Virus record (IMG/VR): IMGVR_UViG_3300045988_097954
Location: 1-64,000 of that record
Strand: one strand, 5' to 3'
Length of the DNA stretch: 64,000 nt
Source of the DNA: a virus
Shown: in pieces, positions 18,201 to 28,044 of the stretch
Position numbering within the stretch: position 1 is the first letter of the stretch
How the letters are laid out: each line of letters begins with the position of its first letter
The notes under the pieces: model-generated
What the model saw: only the letters and a program-made list of their open reading frames with translations
Database searches by the model: none
What the model was told of the DNA's origin: nothing
Position numbers and translations under genes: made by a program

Positions 18201-20145
18201 ATATGGCACTAAAAAAGGCGAAGCTATTGACTTTTTGATGAAACAAGGTTTTACCGCAAACCAAGCATATGGTATCGTTGGCAATCTAATACAAGAGTCA
18301 CAACTTGACCCAACTGCGGTTAATGCCACTGGTCATCGTGGTATCGCACAATGGGATGCAAATCGATGGAGTAATCTATTGAGTTTCGCTAATGGAAATA
18401 ATTCTGACCCAAATGCGTACGAAACACAACTTGCGTTCTTGGTTCATGAGTTACAAACCACACACAGAGATGCATGGCAAAAAGTCCTAGCAAAAGCTGT
18501 AAATCAAACACCAGAAGAATATGCTCATTATTTTGACGAATTTGTCGAAATCTCTGGTGGTGAAGAAACAGCACAACGACAAGCATATGCGAGAGAACTT
18601 GCGAATACTGGGTATGGACAAGATGATTTACATGGTGCTGAACGTGCGAACAAAATCGCTGATAAACAAAAGAAGATACAAGACCTTGCGGACAAACTTG
18701 CTGAAAAGCAAATCGAAATGGCTAATGCTATTAAGCCAGAGGAACAAGTTAAGTCAGCCAAGGCTACTGCGGAATTAAACAAAAAGATAAAAGACATCGA
18801 AAAGCAAATCGATGAGTTGTTAAAACTTAATCCACAAGCCAATGTTAAAGAACTTAGAGATACTATGGCTAAGTATACCGAAGTTATGAAACATCAGATT
18901 ATGGACGAAGAACGTGACTCTAATTATGCATCCGCAATGCAAATGGCTAAGGATAGACATGAGTTAGAAGACTTTGATTTAGATGGTAAGGCAGAAAACT
19001 TTTGGGTATCGGATGTTCGTAATGTACAACGTGCATGGGAACAAGCTGAAATTGCCAAGCGTGAATACTTAGATAAAAAAGCCAGCTATGACACTGGTAT
19101 GTCCAAATATACAGAGGATGACCTAAGGAAATCTTTAATCGCATGGAAAAAATACGAAAAAGAAGCTACTAAGACCTCAAAAGATTTGAATAAAAACATC
19201 AGACAACAAACGCATGATGTTTTCCATAGTTTAATCTTTGAAGGGAAATCCATTAAAGATATATGGAAAAATCTATGGAAACAACTTGCCGAAGATGCGT
19301 TGAAGATGATATTCAAAATTCAAGATGGCAATGGTGGTCTTTTTCAAAATATTTTGCGTAGAGTTGATAGCAGATATCAAAAAGGTATTAATGGTTTAGA
19401 TAGCAAAAACATTGGTGGCATTGATAATGCTGACAATCAATTGTTAATGGCTCAGTCAACACGTAATCTTGATAAAAACTTTGAAACCTTCTTGGCTAAT
19501 ACTGAGGGCGGTACAGCGTGGAAACAAGCGACATTTACTGATGCTGTAATCTATGGTAATATCCAAGGCGATAAATCAAACGTAGATATACCAGAGAATA
19601 CTACTGATAAAGACGACAAACAAGATGTTTCCCAATACATCAATGCAAGTATGAAATTGGCTGGTGGCAACAACAAGTGGTTGGGTACGCTTGGTACAAT
19701 CGCTGGTTTCGCTAAACAGTTTGGTCTTTTAAAGTTTGCTGGCGGTGGTTCTGTTGATAAAGACCAACTCGTACGTGTCGGTGAAGGTGATAAGAAAGAA
19801 TGGATTATCCCAACCGCTGACAAAGCAAGAGGTCGCCAATTGTTGAATCAAGCAGCAAAAGACTTGGGAGTTGGTGTTACAAGTGGTATTGAACCAAAGT
19901 GGCAACATGAGGATACTAAGAATGGTGCTTTGTCAGAACAAACTAAAAGGCAAGAACACTTGATGAATCAAATGGTTGCTAACACACAGGCAATGACAAA
20001 GGGCATGAACTACATGGCAAACGGTGGTTCTGGCACTAAAGAATCCATTGCACAACCTGTGTTTGTAAAACAAACGATTTCAGACCAAGACTTCCTTGCG
20101 AAGTATCAAAAGTTGATTGCACTTGGGAAGTTAAAACAATCTTAA
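15202..20145 (+). CDS. tape measure protein with embedded lysozyme-like domain
   Basis: 1647 aa and largely helical, with TM segments near residues 560-660. Contains the motif GIVGNLIQESQLDP..GHRGIAQWD. Confidence 0.9.
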   Translation: MADKKFGYDIKVNYNNIQDDTQKVIRGIQELDKAIGRLKNVKDISINVKAGGDQFKKLTEYAAQLDKNLKTASVSGANLSQSLGQVTSQFKNVRDMTRGVSKEVTDASRNIEKLGQSLQRSVSTAKEQSLSGQLSALKRQAEENYRQNFSKNPILYSQNMSNINRQMQEIYRAQRAINQATREQLPLLKQWGIDTENVGHRLGYLATRMVASYALNTALQGFTQLKDVEKDMAGFAQVMKHGTGATNAFARSLIEVNPRDMINGLQLTGEEATHFKHELDDMQGKLQSLAIKYGTTSHEMIESAKLWGRAYKDNNTVLALTDAATKLAVADAFDIVSANKALESSIMQWGFQINNANDAMSVSNRIIDSWTSLAHNYTVSAQTLSEANKRMAQSAAEVGVGFHSAQALISVMARKTQADGGEIGNALKSIFGSIHSKKAIKELQDFGIEVYKVGENGEKSFRKVDDVLLDLMIKAQDSKESMEDLLKAISGGKWQWNKADAMLDLQEYLEALRLSSSAMGFTNAQVGMQLDTIQTKLKSIAAQWEKVMTGTGNISWLIKGILDGVLELLQWLDKLPKSAFMLGLAMTALIMIHRNFGNVFRLLKTSVVSGWQQMTLSAEKYARAARIANASTGGLRGKVASVGGVFTGAGRAIGSATAFMGGWVGIALVATDVAFSMYEAYRFSNEAIEKSVETNSKMLQQHQELHARLSESQQIVSQFILAYDSLNKKMVDYKANGQDVSQIENQMQIAKEGLVEILGEENTNWVLNASTVEEANDRAKTAINQKKTQLEDSIQAEKLALIDSAKSVRQQAKDNLASLREEKKGWGDRVMVMYHFADAIGVAKEAYYGLMELLNKQRLSDALKNSAAMGEALHDMRVAKKEAAERGASQAELDDFDAKIARAYEGMQNAEKEVYDANYNYTYYKDEYAKHIESIAAKIVADEQRQLADINENAYGNGHGNPGTIGGGTTGDYARDELPEGADAGKKKKGSKSKKEKNPLYGTKKGEAIDFLMKQGFTANQAYGIVGNLIQESQLDPTAVNATGHRGIAQWDANRWSNLLSFANGNNSDPNAYETQLAFLVHELQTTHRDAWQKVLAKAVNQTPEEYAHYFDEFVEISGGEETAQRQAYARELANTGYGQDDLHGAERANKIADKQKKIQDLADKLAEKQIEMANAIKPEEQVKSAKATAELNKKIKDIEKQIDELLKLNPQANVKELRDTMAKYTEVMKHQIMDEERDSNYASAMQMAKDRHELEDFDLDGKAENFWVSDVRNVQRAWEQAEIAKREYLDKKASYDTGMSKYTEDDLRKSLIAWKKYEKEATKTSKDLNKNIRQQTHDVFHSLIFEGKSIKDIWKNLWKQLAEDALKMIFKIQDGNGGLFQNILRRVDSRYQKGINGLDSKNIGGIDNADNQLLMAQSTRNLDKNFETFLANTEGGTAWKQATFTDAVIYGNIQGDKSNVDIPENTTDKDDKQDVSQYINASMKLAGGNNKWLGTLGTIAGFAKQFGLLKFAGGGSVDKDQLVRVGEGDKKEWIIPTADKARGRQLLNQAAKDLGVGVTSGIEPKWQHEDTKNGALSEQTKRQEHLMNQMVANTQAMTKGMNYMANGGSGTKESIAQPVFVKQTISDQDFLAKYQKLIALGKLKQS

Positions 20146-20151
20146 AATATC

Positions 20152-20186
20152 GTTACAAAATCTAAATGTTTTTTACTATATGTAGA
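20152..20186 (+). promoter_or_regulatory. late-promoter-like motif copy C (internal, after TMP)
   Basis: Same 35-bp motif. Followed by the 5' hairpin GAGGGG-TTTTTA-CCCCTC. Confidence 0.5.
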
Positions 20187-20226
20187 GGGGTTTTTACCCC
20201 TCTCATTACATACTATTGGAGGTCAT

Positions 20227-20637
20227 ATGGAAGATATAACAAAATATCTTGGCTTGAAATATGGCTTTGATAAATCACAGGGTCAATACCATTGTGTTGA
20301 TGTATGTCGCATGTGGTATAAAGACCATGGATATAAACATTGTTTTGATGATGGTAAGACTGACCCCATTAGTTGCGAAGACTTTCACAAGAATCATCAG
20401 ACACGACTATTACGATATTTACTCAAGTATTTTAATAAAATACGAAATGTAGATGACTTAAAACAGGGAGATATCGTCTTATTCAATGTAGATGGTGATT
20501 TACATACAGGTGTATATCTACAGAATGGACAAATACTGGCGATGCAAGTTCCGTGCGTGACAAACGAGTCATTATCTGCTGTTTTTAAACGCAGTTATTG
20601 GCAACCATTGTTTTTCTGTGGTTTTCGCCAGCGTTAG
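20227..20637 (+). CDS. NlpC/P60-family peptidase (tail-associated)
   Basis: Cys motif HCVDVCRMWY and downstream GDIVLF..LHTGVYL, typical of P60. GGAGG SD. Confidence 0.55.
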   Translation: MEDITKYLGLKYGFDKSQGQYHCVDVCRMWYKDHGYKHCFDDGKTDPISCEDFHKNHQTRLLRYLLKYFNKIRNVDDLKQGDIVLFNVDGDLHTGVYLQNGQILAMQVPCVTNESLSAVFKRSYWQPLFFCGFRQR

Positions 20638-20650
20638 CGAGGAATAAATA

Positions 20651-21025
20651 ATGGCACAATTACCGAGATTCCCTTTGCCTTATATATTTGAGGTCGAAAA
20701 GGGTCTAAAATTTGCCACACAAGAAGTTGTGTTCACAAGTGGTAAAAAACAAATACGACAAAATGCGTTAAATCCACAGAGAACATGGTCTATCAGCTTG
20801 CGTGGAACTGTGGAACAACAAAAGATATTTGAACAATTTTGTGAGACCGTTGGTGGTAACACAAGAACATTTATATTTACCGATGAATTTAATCAAGACC
20901 AAATCTGTCGTTTTGCAACCAATGAATTCAATCTAAAGGTGTTGCGTGACTTTACCGTTGAGAATGGTACCCATGGTAATGCCATCGGTTTTACAGCAAG
21001 CGTACAGATTGAGAAAGTCTTATAG
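20651..21025 (+). CDS. minor/distal tail protein (positional)
   Basis: 124-aa ORF between the TMP and the hub-like gene. Confidence 0.4.
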   Translation: MAQLPRFPLPYIFEVEKGLKFATQEVVFTSGKKQIRQNALNPQRTWSISLRGTVEQQKIFEQFCETVGGNTRTFIFTDEFNQDQICRFATNEFNLKVLRDFTVENGTHGNAIGFTASVQIEKVL

Positions 21026-21032
21026 GTGATAC

Positions 21033-21851
21033 ATGATTAATTTACCTGTTGCTTTTAGAGAAGCATTAGAGGGCGGTTCTGTTTTTGATATTGAGTTGTA
21101 TGAAGTTCATATTCCAAATATGACTTTGTACTTATGCTCATGTGATATAAATATTCAATTCAATGGACAACAATATTTAGCACTACCAATCAAGCGTGGA
21201 GAAATTAATAAAACCGTTGATAATTCCATTGATTCATGCGAACTTGAGATTTCTAATGCTACCGATAAGTTTACTCAATTGTTATTCAAGGGTATTCCAT
21301 TCACAGGTAGTCGTATCTATATTTACAAAATACTGTATCCTGACTCCTTGGCTAATCCAAAGATGATTAAACCTGTGTTCATGGGTAGAGTTGATTCTCC
21401 TGAGTTGACAAACGATGGCATATTTAAAGTTGTGGTTACATCCGATGTTCCAAACGTGCGTGGCGGTCGTAGAACTCAATACACATGCACATCAACATTT
21501 GGCGACAGCAGTTGTCGTGCTGTGATTAAGAAAACACAAGCTGTTATTACGAATATTCAACAATCGAATGATGGCTATGTGGTGTCTATTGACACACCCA
21601 TTGAAGAAAAGGATTATATCAATGGTGTATTGATTGTCGAGGGTGAAGCACGTAAAATTGTTGGTATCCCAACCAATAAAACTATCAAGCTAGAATATCC
21701 ATTACTAACGGCAAAAGATATTCTAATGAATAAACAATGTACGGTACAAGCGGGATGTGATAAAACTCCATCTGACTGCAAGAGACATGGTAATCAAAAG
21801 CGATATGCTGGATTCTTGTCTGTACCGTTTGAATTTACAATTAGAACTTAA
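21033..21851 (+). CDS. tail hub protein, DUF2163/BR0599-like
   Basis: The C-terminal Cys motif CDKTPSDCKRHGNQKRYAGFLSVP matches the BR0599-type motif (C..C..N..F.GF). Confidence 0.5.
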   Translation: MINLPVAFREALEGGSVFDIELYEVHIPNMTLYLCSCDINIQFNGQQYLALPIKRGEINKTVDNSIDSCELEISNATDKFTQLLFKGIPFTGSRIYIYKILYPDSLANPKMIKPVFMGRVDSPELTNDGIFKVVVTSDVPNVRGGRRTQYTCTSTFGDSSCRAVIKKTQAVITNIQQSNDGYVVSIDTPIEEKDYINGVLIVEGEARKIVGIPTNKTIKLEYPLLTAKDILMNKQCTVQAGCDKTPSDCKRHGNQKRYAGFLSVPFEFTIRT

Positions 21852-21879
21852 TCAGCGAAACGAAGCGAGGTATTAATAT

Positions 21880-24800
21880 ATGGGTAAAGGCGGTGGCAAG
21901 GGCGGAAAAGGTCGTGTTGGTAAGATTGTTGGTCTTGCGGCGGCTGCTGTCTTTGGCTTTGGTGGCGGAGCATGGGGATTCTTAAAAGGTGTATCCATGT
22001 TCAGTCGTGCTATGTATGGGTTATCCCTTGGGATGTCCATTGGTGGTCTATTCGACAAACAAAAGAATACAACACCAGAATCTACCTTCGACTCTAAAAA
22101 CAACCAAGTCACATCAGAGGGTACAATTCCGATTATCTATGGACAATCTAAGGTTGGTGGTATACAAACGTATCACCACATGGACGTCGATGGTCGCAAG
22201 CTGTTGAAACACGTATTGATTGGCGAAGGTGAAATCGAAGGATTCTACGGTGCTACTGCTAATGGATATTTACTACCGATTAAAAGCGGTGGAAACATCA
22301 ACAGAAAAGTACCTGTGTTTGGTATACGGAATAACAAATGGAGCGATGCCACCGTTCAAATCTCAAGCGGTGTCGCACCATCAAAAGGCTTTAAAGGGAT
22401 TTTCCGTAAACCTTCTGAGTCTCAACAATCAATTTATCAAGACGACCTTGACTATGGACAATTCAATAAATTTCCTAAGTTGATATTGCATGCCAATGGT
22501 CGAGATGTATACATTTTCTTAACAGAAGACAATACTAAGATTGACGACAAATACTCTCTTGCATGTAACACCTTTGGTAAAGTCTATCAGATTATCTTGG
22601 GAGACACCTATTTGTCTACATTACAAGAAGACGGTTGGGAGCTTGTGAATCCTGTGGTTTGCCAAGATTCTCCAAACAAGATTCAAACAACTGATATTAT
22701 CTCTTGTTATCAAAAAGATGTATTCTTTACTACAAACGGCGAGCAAAATGCTAAAGAAAGTACTATTGAATTACACACAGGCAATGCTAATGCAGATGCC
22801 GTAAGTACATACTTAACTACAGGTGGCTATCCTAATGATGCGTATGTGATTGCAGACTTGCGTTATACCGATAAGATGGGTGCTGGTAATCCAACGATTA
22901 CTGCTATTGTAAGGGGTCGCAAGGTATACGATTGGCGTACCAAGGAGACAAAATTCTCTAAGAACCCTGCTGTTTGTTTGTATGATTATTTGACAAATAA
23001 TGTTTATGGTGCTGGTCAATATATCACGCCTGAAATGCTTGATATGGAGTCCTTTACTGATGTTGCTAACTATTGTGACGAAGTGATTACATATAATGAC
23101 CCATATGGCGTTACCAAGAGCGAAAAACGCTATGAGTTAGACTTAGTATTAAACGAGACAAAATCTCATTTAGAAAATATTCAGTCAATCTTAAACTCAT
23201 TCCTTGGGTTTGTTGTGTTTTCAAACAATCAAATCAAGCTACGGTGCGAACGATTGGAAACACCTGTGTATGCATTTAATGATGACAACATCGTTGAAAA
23301 CTCTTTATCTTACAAGGGTGCTTCGATTGAGCAATCCCCAAACAAATTCAATCTTACTTACGTTGAGCCAGCATTGGATTATACTGCGGTTAAATTAATT
23401 GTTGAAGATGCCACAAATCAACTACCACCACCAATTGGCATTGGTCGTCCTGTGGAACAAGACATCGAATTCAAGGGTGTTCGCAGACAAACCCAATGTT
23501 TACGACTTGGGAAGATTGCACGAGATATTGTTCGTTTGTGTCCAATTACGGTTACATTTAAGACTGGTCTTATGGCTTCTCATTTGGAAGCTGGGGATGT
23601 CGTTACGGTATCTAAAACATATATTGATGAGAACGGTGATAAACAAACCTTATTTAAAAATCAACAAGCACGTATTGTTGAAATCAAAGAAGAAGACGGT
23701 ACGTATGAAATCTCCGCTAAACAATACAATCCATCAATCTACGACGATACATTTGGGGCATCCCTCAAAGTATTTGCTCCTACAGGTGCTAATACAAAAG
23801 ACATTCAATTGTTACCTGAGACTGTTAAATCCGTTGAGAACATCAACGCTGAACAGGTGTATCGCCAACGAGTCAACGGTGTACCGACATATGATGTTGT
23901 ACTATCGTTTACCGAGCCTGATGACGTCAACTACAATTATGCTATGGTATCTGTTCAGATTGAACACAATGGTACTCTTAGCCCATGGCGAGTCTATGGT
24001 GCAACTCATGGTGTAATGCCTGTGATTGGCTTATATAAAAACGATAAGGTCAACTTTAGAATTATTCCATATGACTCCAAAGATTTACCACATGAAGAAT
24101 CCATGAGTACGTATACACACGTTATCGTGCCAAAGATTGGCAATCCATCTGCACCAACGAATGTAAATATTCGATTTACAGATGTGGCAACCATAAGTTG
24201 GAATCGTGTGACGACTGCGGATATAGACCGATATGAAGTGCGTTCATCTGAATCATTGACTGAGAACAATCTATTGTTGATGACTTCCGAACCTAGCGGT
24301 GAGATTGATTTATCAAGAATTGGTCGTAGTGGTACTGTATGGGTCTATGCGGTCAACTCTGAAGACATCTACAGCTCACCAACCAAGTATGGATACAATC
24401 TACCAAAACCAACGGCTCCTGCTATTAGTATTAAAACTTTTATACAATCCTTTAGAGTCACATACGGCTCAATACCGAAGTCTTGTACTGCGGTGATACG
24501 TATTGACAATCAAGATTATAAAACTAAGGATACGCTATTTTTTTACAACGAAAGTGCTGGTTTGTTTAATGTGTCGGTTGCCTTTGAAGATTACTTTGGT
24601 CTAGGGGAGTTCTCCCCACAACAAATGGTTGAAATTAAAGCGACAATACCAAAAGAACTGATTGATAAAGAAGCTCTTGGACTTCAAGGAATGGAAAATA
24701 AAATACGACAGTTAGATGCGGATGTCGAATCTATTGCTGGAGCTTGGACACAAAAGGTTCAAGACTTAGAGGATAACATCCAAAGTCGTATCACACAACT

Positions 24801-25596
24801 TGAAAATGGGATTGACTTGCGTGTTGAGGAGAAAGTCGGAAAATTAGATGGTAATACTATATTGTCACGAATTAATTTATCAAGTGGTGGTGTACGCATT
24901 GATGGTAAGCTGTTGCATGTCACTGGTCAATCACAATTTGACGACAATATTATTACAAACAAGATGTTGCAAGCCAATGCTGTTACTGCGGACAAAATTA
25001 AGACTGATACATTGGCTGCCTTGAGTGCAAACCTTGGTGATGTCAGAAGCGGTACAATCACAAGTACAACCATTAAAAACGAAAGTGGTACATTCTCTGT
25101 TGACCCTAATGGTAATATCCGTGGTGCAAATATTGTGGCTTCCACCATTAGTGCTGACTCTATTTTTAACGCAGGTTTTAAAGTCAAGAATATTGACTAT
25201 GCGGTTTTAACTGTGGCTCACGGTCAAGATTGTCCACCAATTGGTAATTACAGCGTTAGCGAATGTACGTTTGTTCCGATTGGGTATTACTTTACAAGCA
25301 CTTATTCAAATGACTGGTCTACTAGAGAGGGTCGAGAAAGATGGCGTGAGGTTCAAGATAGAAAACAAGACCGTTGTACTATTTACTTACAAGGTAATAT
25401 GCCACAAATGAATAACTCTGGTCGTTATGGCAATAGACATTTAAAAACCTTAGTTGGTCTCAATGGAAGAAAAGCCGTATGTCAAGCGACATGGGAAAGT
25501 TATTGGTCTTCTGGTGGCGACAACGGTAATGACGGCACAAATGAGTTTATTTCTTTTGGAGTAATCTATGTTCTCGTCATTGGCAAGAAAGGGTAA
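21880..25596 (+). CDS. host-specificity / central tail fibre protein (lambda J-like)
   Basis: 1238 aa, following the hub and P60 genes. Gly-rich N-terminus and FN3-like repeats. Confidence 0.75.
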   Translation: MGKGGGKGGKGRVGKIVGLAAAAVFGFGGGAWGFLKGVSMFSRAMYGLSLGMSIGGLFDKQKNTTPESTFDSKNNQVTSEGTIPIIYGQSKVGGIQTYHHMDVDGRKLLKHVLIGEGEIEGFYGATANGYLLPIKSGGNINRKVPVFGIRNNKWSDATVQISSGVAPSKGFKGIFRKPSESQQSIYQDDLDYGQFNKFPKLILHANGRDVYIFLTEDNTKIDDKYSLACNTFGKVYQIILGDTYLSTLQEDGWELVNPVVCQDSPNKIQTTDIISCYQKDVFFTTNGEQNAKESTIELHTGNANADAVSTYLTTGGYPNDAYVIADLRYTDKMGAGNPTITAIVRGRKVYDWRTKETKFSKNPAVCLYDYLTNNVYGAGQYITPEMLDMESFTDVANYCDEVITYNDPYGVTKSEKRYELDLVLNETKSHLENIQSILNSFLGFVVFSNNQIKLRCERLETPVYAFNDDNIVENSLSYKGASIEQSPNKFNLTYVEPALDYTAVKLIVEDATNQLPPPIGIGRPVEQDIEFKGVRRQTQCLRLGKIARDIVRLCPITVTFKTGLMASHLEAGDVVTVSKTYIDENGDKQTLFKNQQARIVEIKEEDGTYEISAKQYNPSIYDDTFGASLKVFAPTGANTKDIQLLPETVKSVENINAEQVYRQRVNGVPTYDVVLSFTEPDDVNYNYAMVSVQIEHNGTLSPWRVYGATHGVMPVIGLYKNDKVNFRIIPYDSKDLPHEESMSTYTHVIVPKIGNPSAPTNVNIRFTDVATISWNRVTTADIDRYEVRSSESLTENNLLLMTSEPSGEIDLSRIGRSGTVWVYAVNSEDIYSSPTKYGYNLPKPTAPAISIKTFIQSFRVTYGSIPKSCTAVIRIDNQDYKTKDTLFFYNESAGLFNVSVAFEDYFGLGEFSPQQMVEIKATIPKELIDKEALGLQGMENKIRQLDADVESIAGAWTQKVQDLEDNIQSRITQLENGIDLRVEEKVGKLDGNTILSRINLSSGGVRIDGKLLHVTGQSQFDDNIITNKMLQANAVTADKIKTDTLAALSANLGDVRSGTITSTTIKNESGTFSVDPNGNIRGANIVASTISADSIFNAGFKVKNIDYAVLTVAHGQDCPPIGNYSVSECTFVPIGYYFTSTYSNDWSTREGRERWREVQDRKQDRCTIYLQGNMPQMNNSGRYGNRHLKTLVGLNGRKAVCQATWESYWSSGGDNGNDGTNEFISFGVIYVLVIGKKG

Positions 25597-25602
25597 ATAC
25601 TT

Positions 25603-26094
25603 ATGTTTTACATATTTGACAAAAACACAGGATTATGCATCTGCTCATCACCAATCGCAGTAAACATTGATGGTACAACTGCGGTTGAAACAGATGTTTT
25701 CTATAACACATGGGAAATACAGTTGGTAAACGGTGAGATTAAACCATATCAACCACAAACGTATGAACCTGATGACGAACCACAAACCAATAACAGTATT
25801 CCGACTCTAGTATACAGAGTTAGACATGGGGATACCGTCTTTACAGACGAACACCCCATGAAGTCTTATGATGCAACGATTGTATCATTCCAAATGGCTG
25901 ATGGTACATTTAACTCACCAAATGTGGGGGCTGTGGTTGAGAAACCAAAGAATCCGATGTTTATCGGTAGAAATTATTCCGTTGGTATTAACTCAAGTGG
26001 TATCGCTTATTGTCGAACTGATGATACCACCGCTGAGAATACAATATCTGGGTGGATTACCGTTGTCTTAACACGAAAGCAGGTGAACAAATGA
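25603..26094 (+). CDS. hypothetical tail-associated protein
   Basis: 163-aa ORF. Confidence 0.6.
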   Translation: MFYIFDKNTGLCICSSPIAVNIDGTTAVETDVFYNTWEIQLVNGEIKPYQPQTYEPDDEPQTNNSIPTLVYRVRHGDTVFTDEHPMKSYDATIVSFQMADGTFNSPNVGAVVEKPKNPMFIGRNYSVGINSSGIAYCRTDDTTAENTISGWITVVLTRKQVNK

Positions 26095-26417
26095 ATGATT
26101 ACGTCCGCAACGAAGATGAGTTTCTACATGTGGGTGCGAACTGGGAACGCATGTACACAATAGAAAATCGGACGTTGGACACCGAACATTCAACTGCGGT
26201 TTTCAAAATCAGAGACCGCCAAGGCAATCTTGTGTGTGAAGCCGTATGCACGGTACAACCAGAGGGTGTTCTTGTGCAGATACCATACGAAATAACACAA
26301 AAGATTGACAAAAAAATAACCAAAGCGAAATATGACTTGTTTTTAAAAATGAATGAGAAGTCGTATAAATTAATCATGGGTAACATCGAGATTATTCATG
26401 ACATTTCAATGCATTAA
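26091..26417 (+). CDS. hypothetical tail-associated protein
   Basis: ATGA overlap with the previous gene. AGGTG SD. Confidence 0.6.
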   Translation: MNDYVRNEDEFLHVGANWERMYTIENRTLDTEHSTAVFKIRDRQGNLVCEAVCTVQPEGVLVQIPYEITQKIDKKITKAKYDLFLKMNEKSYKLIMGNIEIIHDISMH

Positions 26418-26434
26418 TCACAGGAGAAAAAATA

Positions 26435-27355
26435 ATGGCTGATAACAATCCAGTAAAAGTGTCTATTATTGACCCAATTCAATTAAATGTAAATATGCCT
26501 AATATTAAAGGCGATGCTGGTAAAGATGGCGATAGTGCTTACTTAACTGCTGTAAAAAACGGTTTTGTCGGTACTGAACGTGAATGGTTAGAAAGCCTAA
26601 AAGCAAACATCGATGTAACTCAGGCATACGAAACACTTATGAGAAATAATGTGTACTGTGCTTCTAAAGACGTAGTAGGTGTAGTAAATGGTTTCTTATC
26701 AGGACTAGGTGACTTAGCGAAAAAACAAGCTAGAGAATTTGAGTATGACGTACCTGTGCCAAATCAACTATATATTTCTATGCGTGGTGAGCCACATTAT
26801 TGGGTTGGCATTCAAAATGCACCAGCAAATGAACGTGTTGAATTTTCACAAAATGGTACTATATTGTTCCAATTGAAAACACCATTTGGTTCTGATAGTA
26901 TAACTTTTGAATATTATAATATGTTAAAAGAAAAAGTATCAAAGTCTACAATACAAGGTTCTGTTGGTGTAAAAACATCAATTAGTGATTATGAATTTGC
27001 TAGAAATGATGGTTCAACAGAATATTACTTCCCAGAAGTAACATCCGTTGGTGAACAAGCGTTCCATCCATATACACTAAAGATTAAATTGCCTAAAGCA
27101 ACAACTATTGCATCTAATGCATTCCTTATGTGTCGTGAACTAGAAGAACTAGAACTTCCATCGTATATCCTATCACAAAGCAATAAGTTTGATAATGTGT
27201 TCGGCAATAGCTTACAAACAATGGTTATCAATGATTCTTCCGCTATCGATGTATTAAGTGAATATTCTGACGAGACAGTTAAAGCAATCATCTACAACCA
27301 AGACAAAACAAAAAAATTCGACAAAGCGACTAAAACTTGGGTTTCTGCACAATAA
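26435..27355 (+). CDS. tail fibre / receptor-binding candidate (collagen-like triplets plus BspA-type LRR)
   Basis: KGDAGKDGDSAY near the N-terminus. The C-terminal part (FPEVTSVGEQAF..ASNAFLMCRELEELELPS) resembles LRR_5 repeats. Confidence 0.5.
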   Translation: MADNNPVKVSIIDPIQLNVNMPNIKGDAGKDGDSAYLTAVKNGFVGTEREWLESLKANIDVTQAYETLMRNNVYCASKDVVGVVNGFLSGLGDLAKKQAREFEYDVPVPNQLYISMRGEPHYWVGIQNAPANERVEFSQNGTILFQLKTPFGSDSITFEYYNMLKEKVSKSTIQGSVGVKTSISDYEFARNDGSTEYYFPEVTSVGEQAFHPYTLKIKLPKATTIASNAFLMCRELEELELPSYILSQSNKFDNVFGNSLQTMVINDSSAIDVLSEYSDETVKAIIYNQDKTKKFDKATKTWVSAQ

Positions 27356-27375
27356 CAACAAATGTTTTAACCATT

Positions 27376-27405
27376 GGGGTCTACTAAAGACCCCTTTGGT
27401 ATTTT
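27376..27405 (+). terminator. intrinsic terminator after the tail module
   Basis: Stem GGGGTCT/AGACCCC followed by a T-rich tract. Confidence 0.65.
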
Positions 27406-27420
27406 ACCAGGGAGATACCA

Positions 27421-27687
27421 ATGGAGTTATTGACAATGATATCCTTGATATGTGGCATACTTGTGTTTGTCGGCAGTTTCATTGGCTTTGTTTTTAAAGT
27501 CATGATTATATCGCCGTTGAAAATCTCAATTGACAACCTAAGCACAACTATTGCTGCAATCCTAAAGGATATTGAAACAGGGCGTATAGACCGCTACAAT
27601 ATGTCTATCAAATTGAGTGGAATGGAAAGCGATATCAAACATATAAGTCAACGGATTGACACCTTGGAAGAGTATACACGGAGGTAA
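27421..27687 (+). CDS. membrane protein (1 TM plus coiled coil), lysis cassette
   Basis: 88-aa ORF with an N-terminal TM segment. Confidence 0.6.
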   Translation: MELLTMISLICGILVFVGSFIGFVFKVMIISPLKISIDNLSTTIAAILKDIETGRIDRYNMSIKLSGMESDIKHISQRIDTLEEYTRR

Positions 27688-27690
27688 TTT

Positions 27691-28044
27691 ATGTTTCAAC
27701 AACTTAAAGATTATTACAACCGTGTGAAAACAGCTCACGTGAAAATCCAATCGCTACAATTTGTAAAGTTTGTAATCACAACATCTTTCGTTCCAATATT
27801 TATGTATTTAATCGTATGGCTATATGCTATATATGCCATGCACATTGGTCTCAACGTGAGTATTTTGCTTGCGTTGTTGACCGAATTACGCCAATTTGTG
27901 GCTGTTATATTCTCGACTCAAACTGTTGCTGGGGTGTTGGCGTATGGTGTTGCACTAATCGATTCGGACGGCAATGGAGAATCAGATGAACTCGATGCCA
28001 AAGCACACACGAAACAGACTATGGGGGCAGGTGATATAAAATGA
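27691..28044 (+). CDS. holin (candidate)
   Basis: 117 aa with about 3 TM segments and a charged C-terminus. Lies directly upstream of the amidase. Confidence 0.55.
   Translation: MFQQLKDYYNRVKTAHVKIQSLQFVKFVITTSFVPIFMYLIVWLYAIYAMHIGLNVSILLALLTELRQFVAVIFSTQTVAGVLAYGVALIDSDGNGESDELDAKAHTKQTMGAGDIK

Noticed and set aside
15202-20145. Many 60-130-aa antisense or alternate-frame ORFs inside the tape measure gene. The same applies inside terL, portal, the capsid gene, the J-like gene and dnaE.
   Set aside because: They are fully embedded in long, well-supported genes, have no RBS, and have compositions typical of out-of-frame or antisense translation.
21873-22112. 79-aa Pro/Ala-rich minus-strand ORF.
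   Set aside because: It is the antisense reading of the Gly/Lys-rich N-terminus of the J-like protein, and is a compositional artefact.
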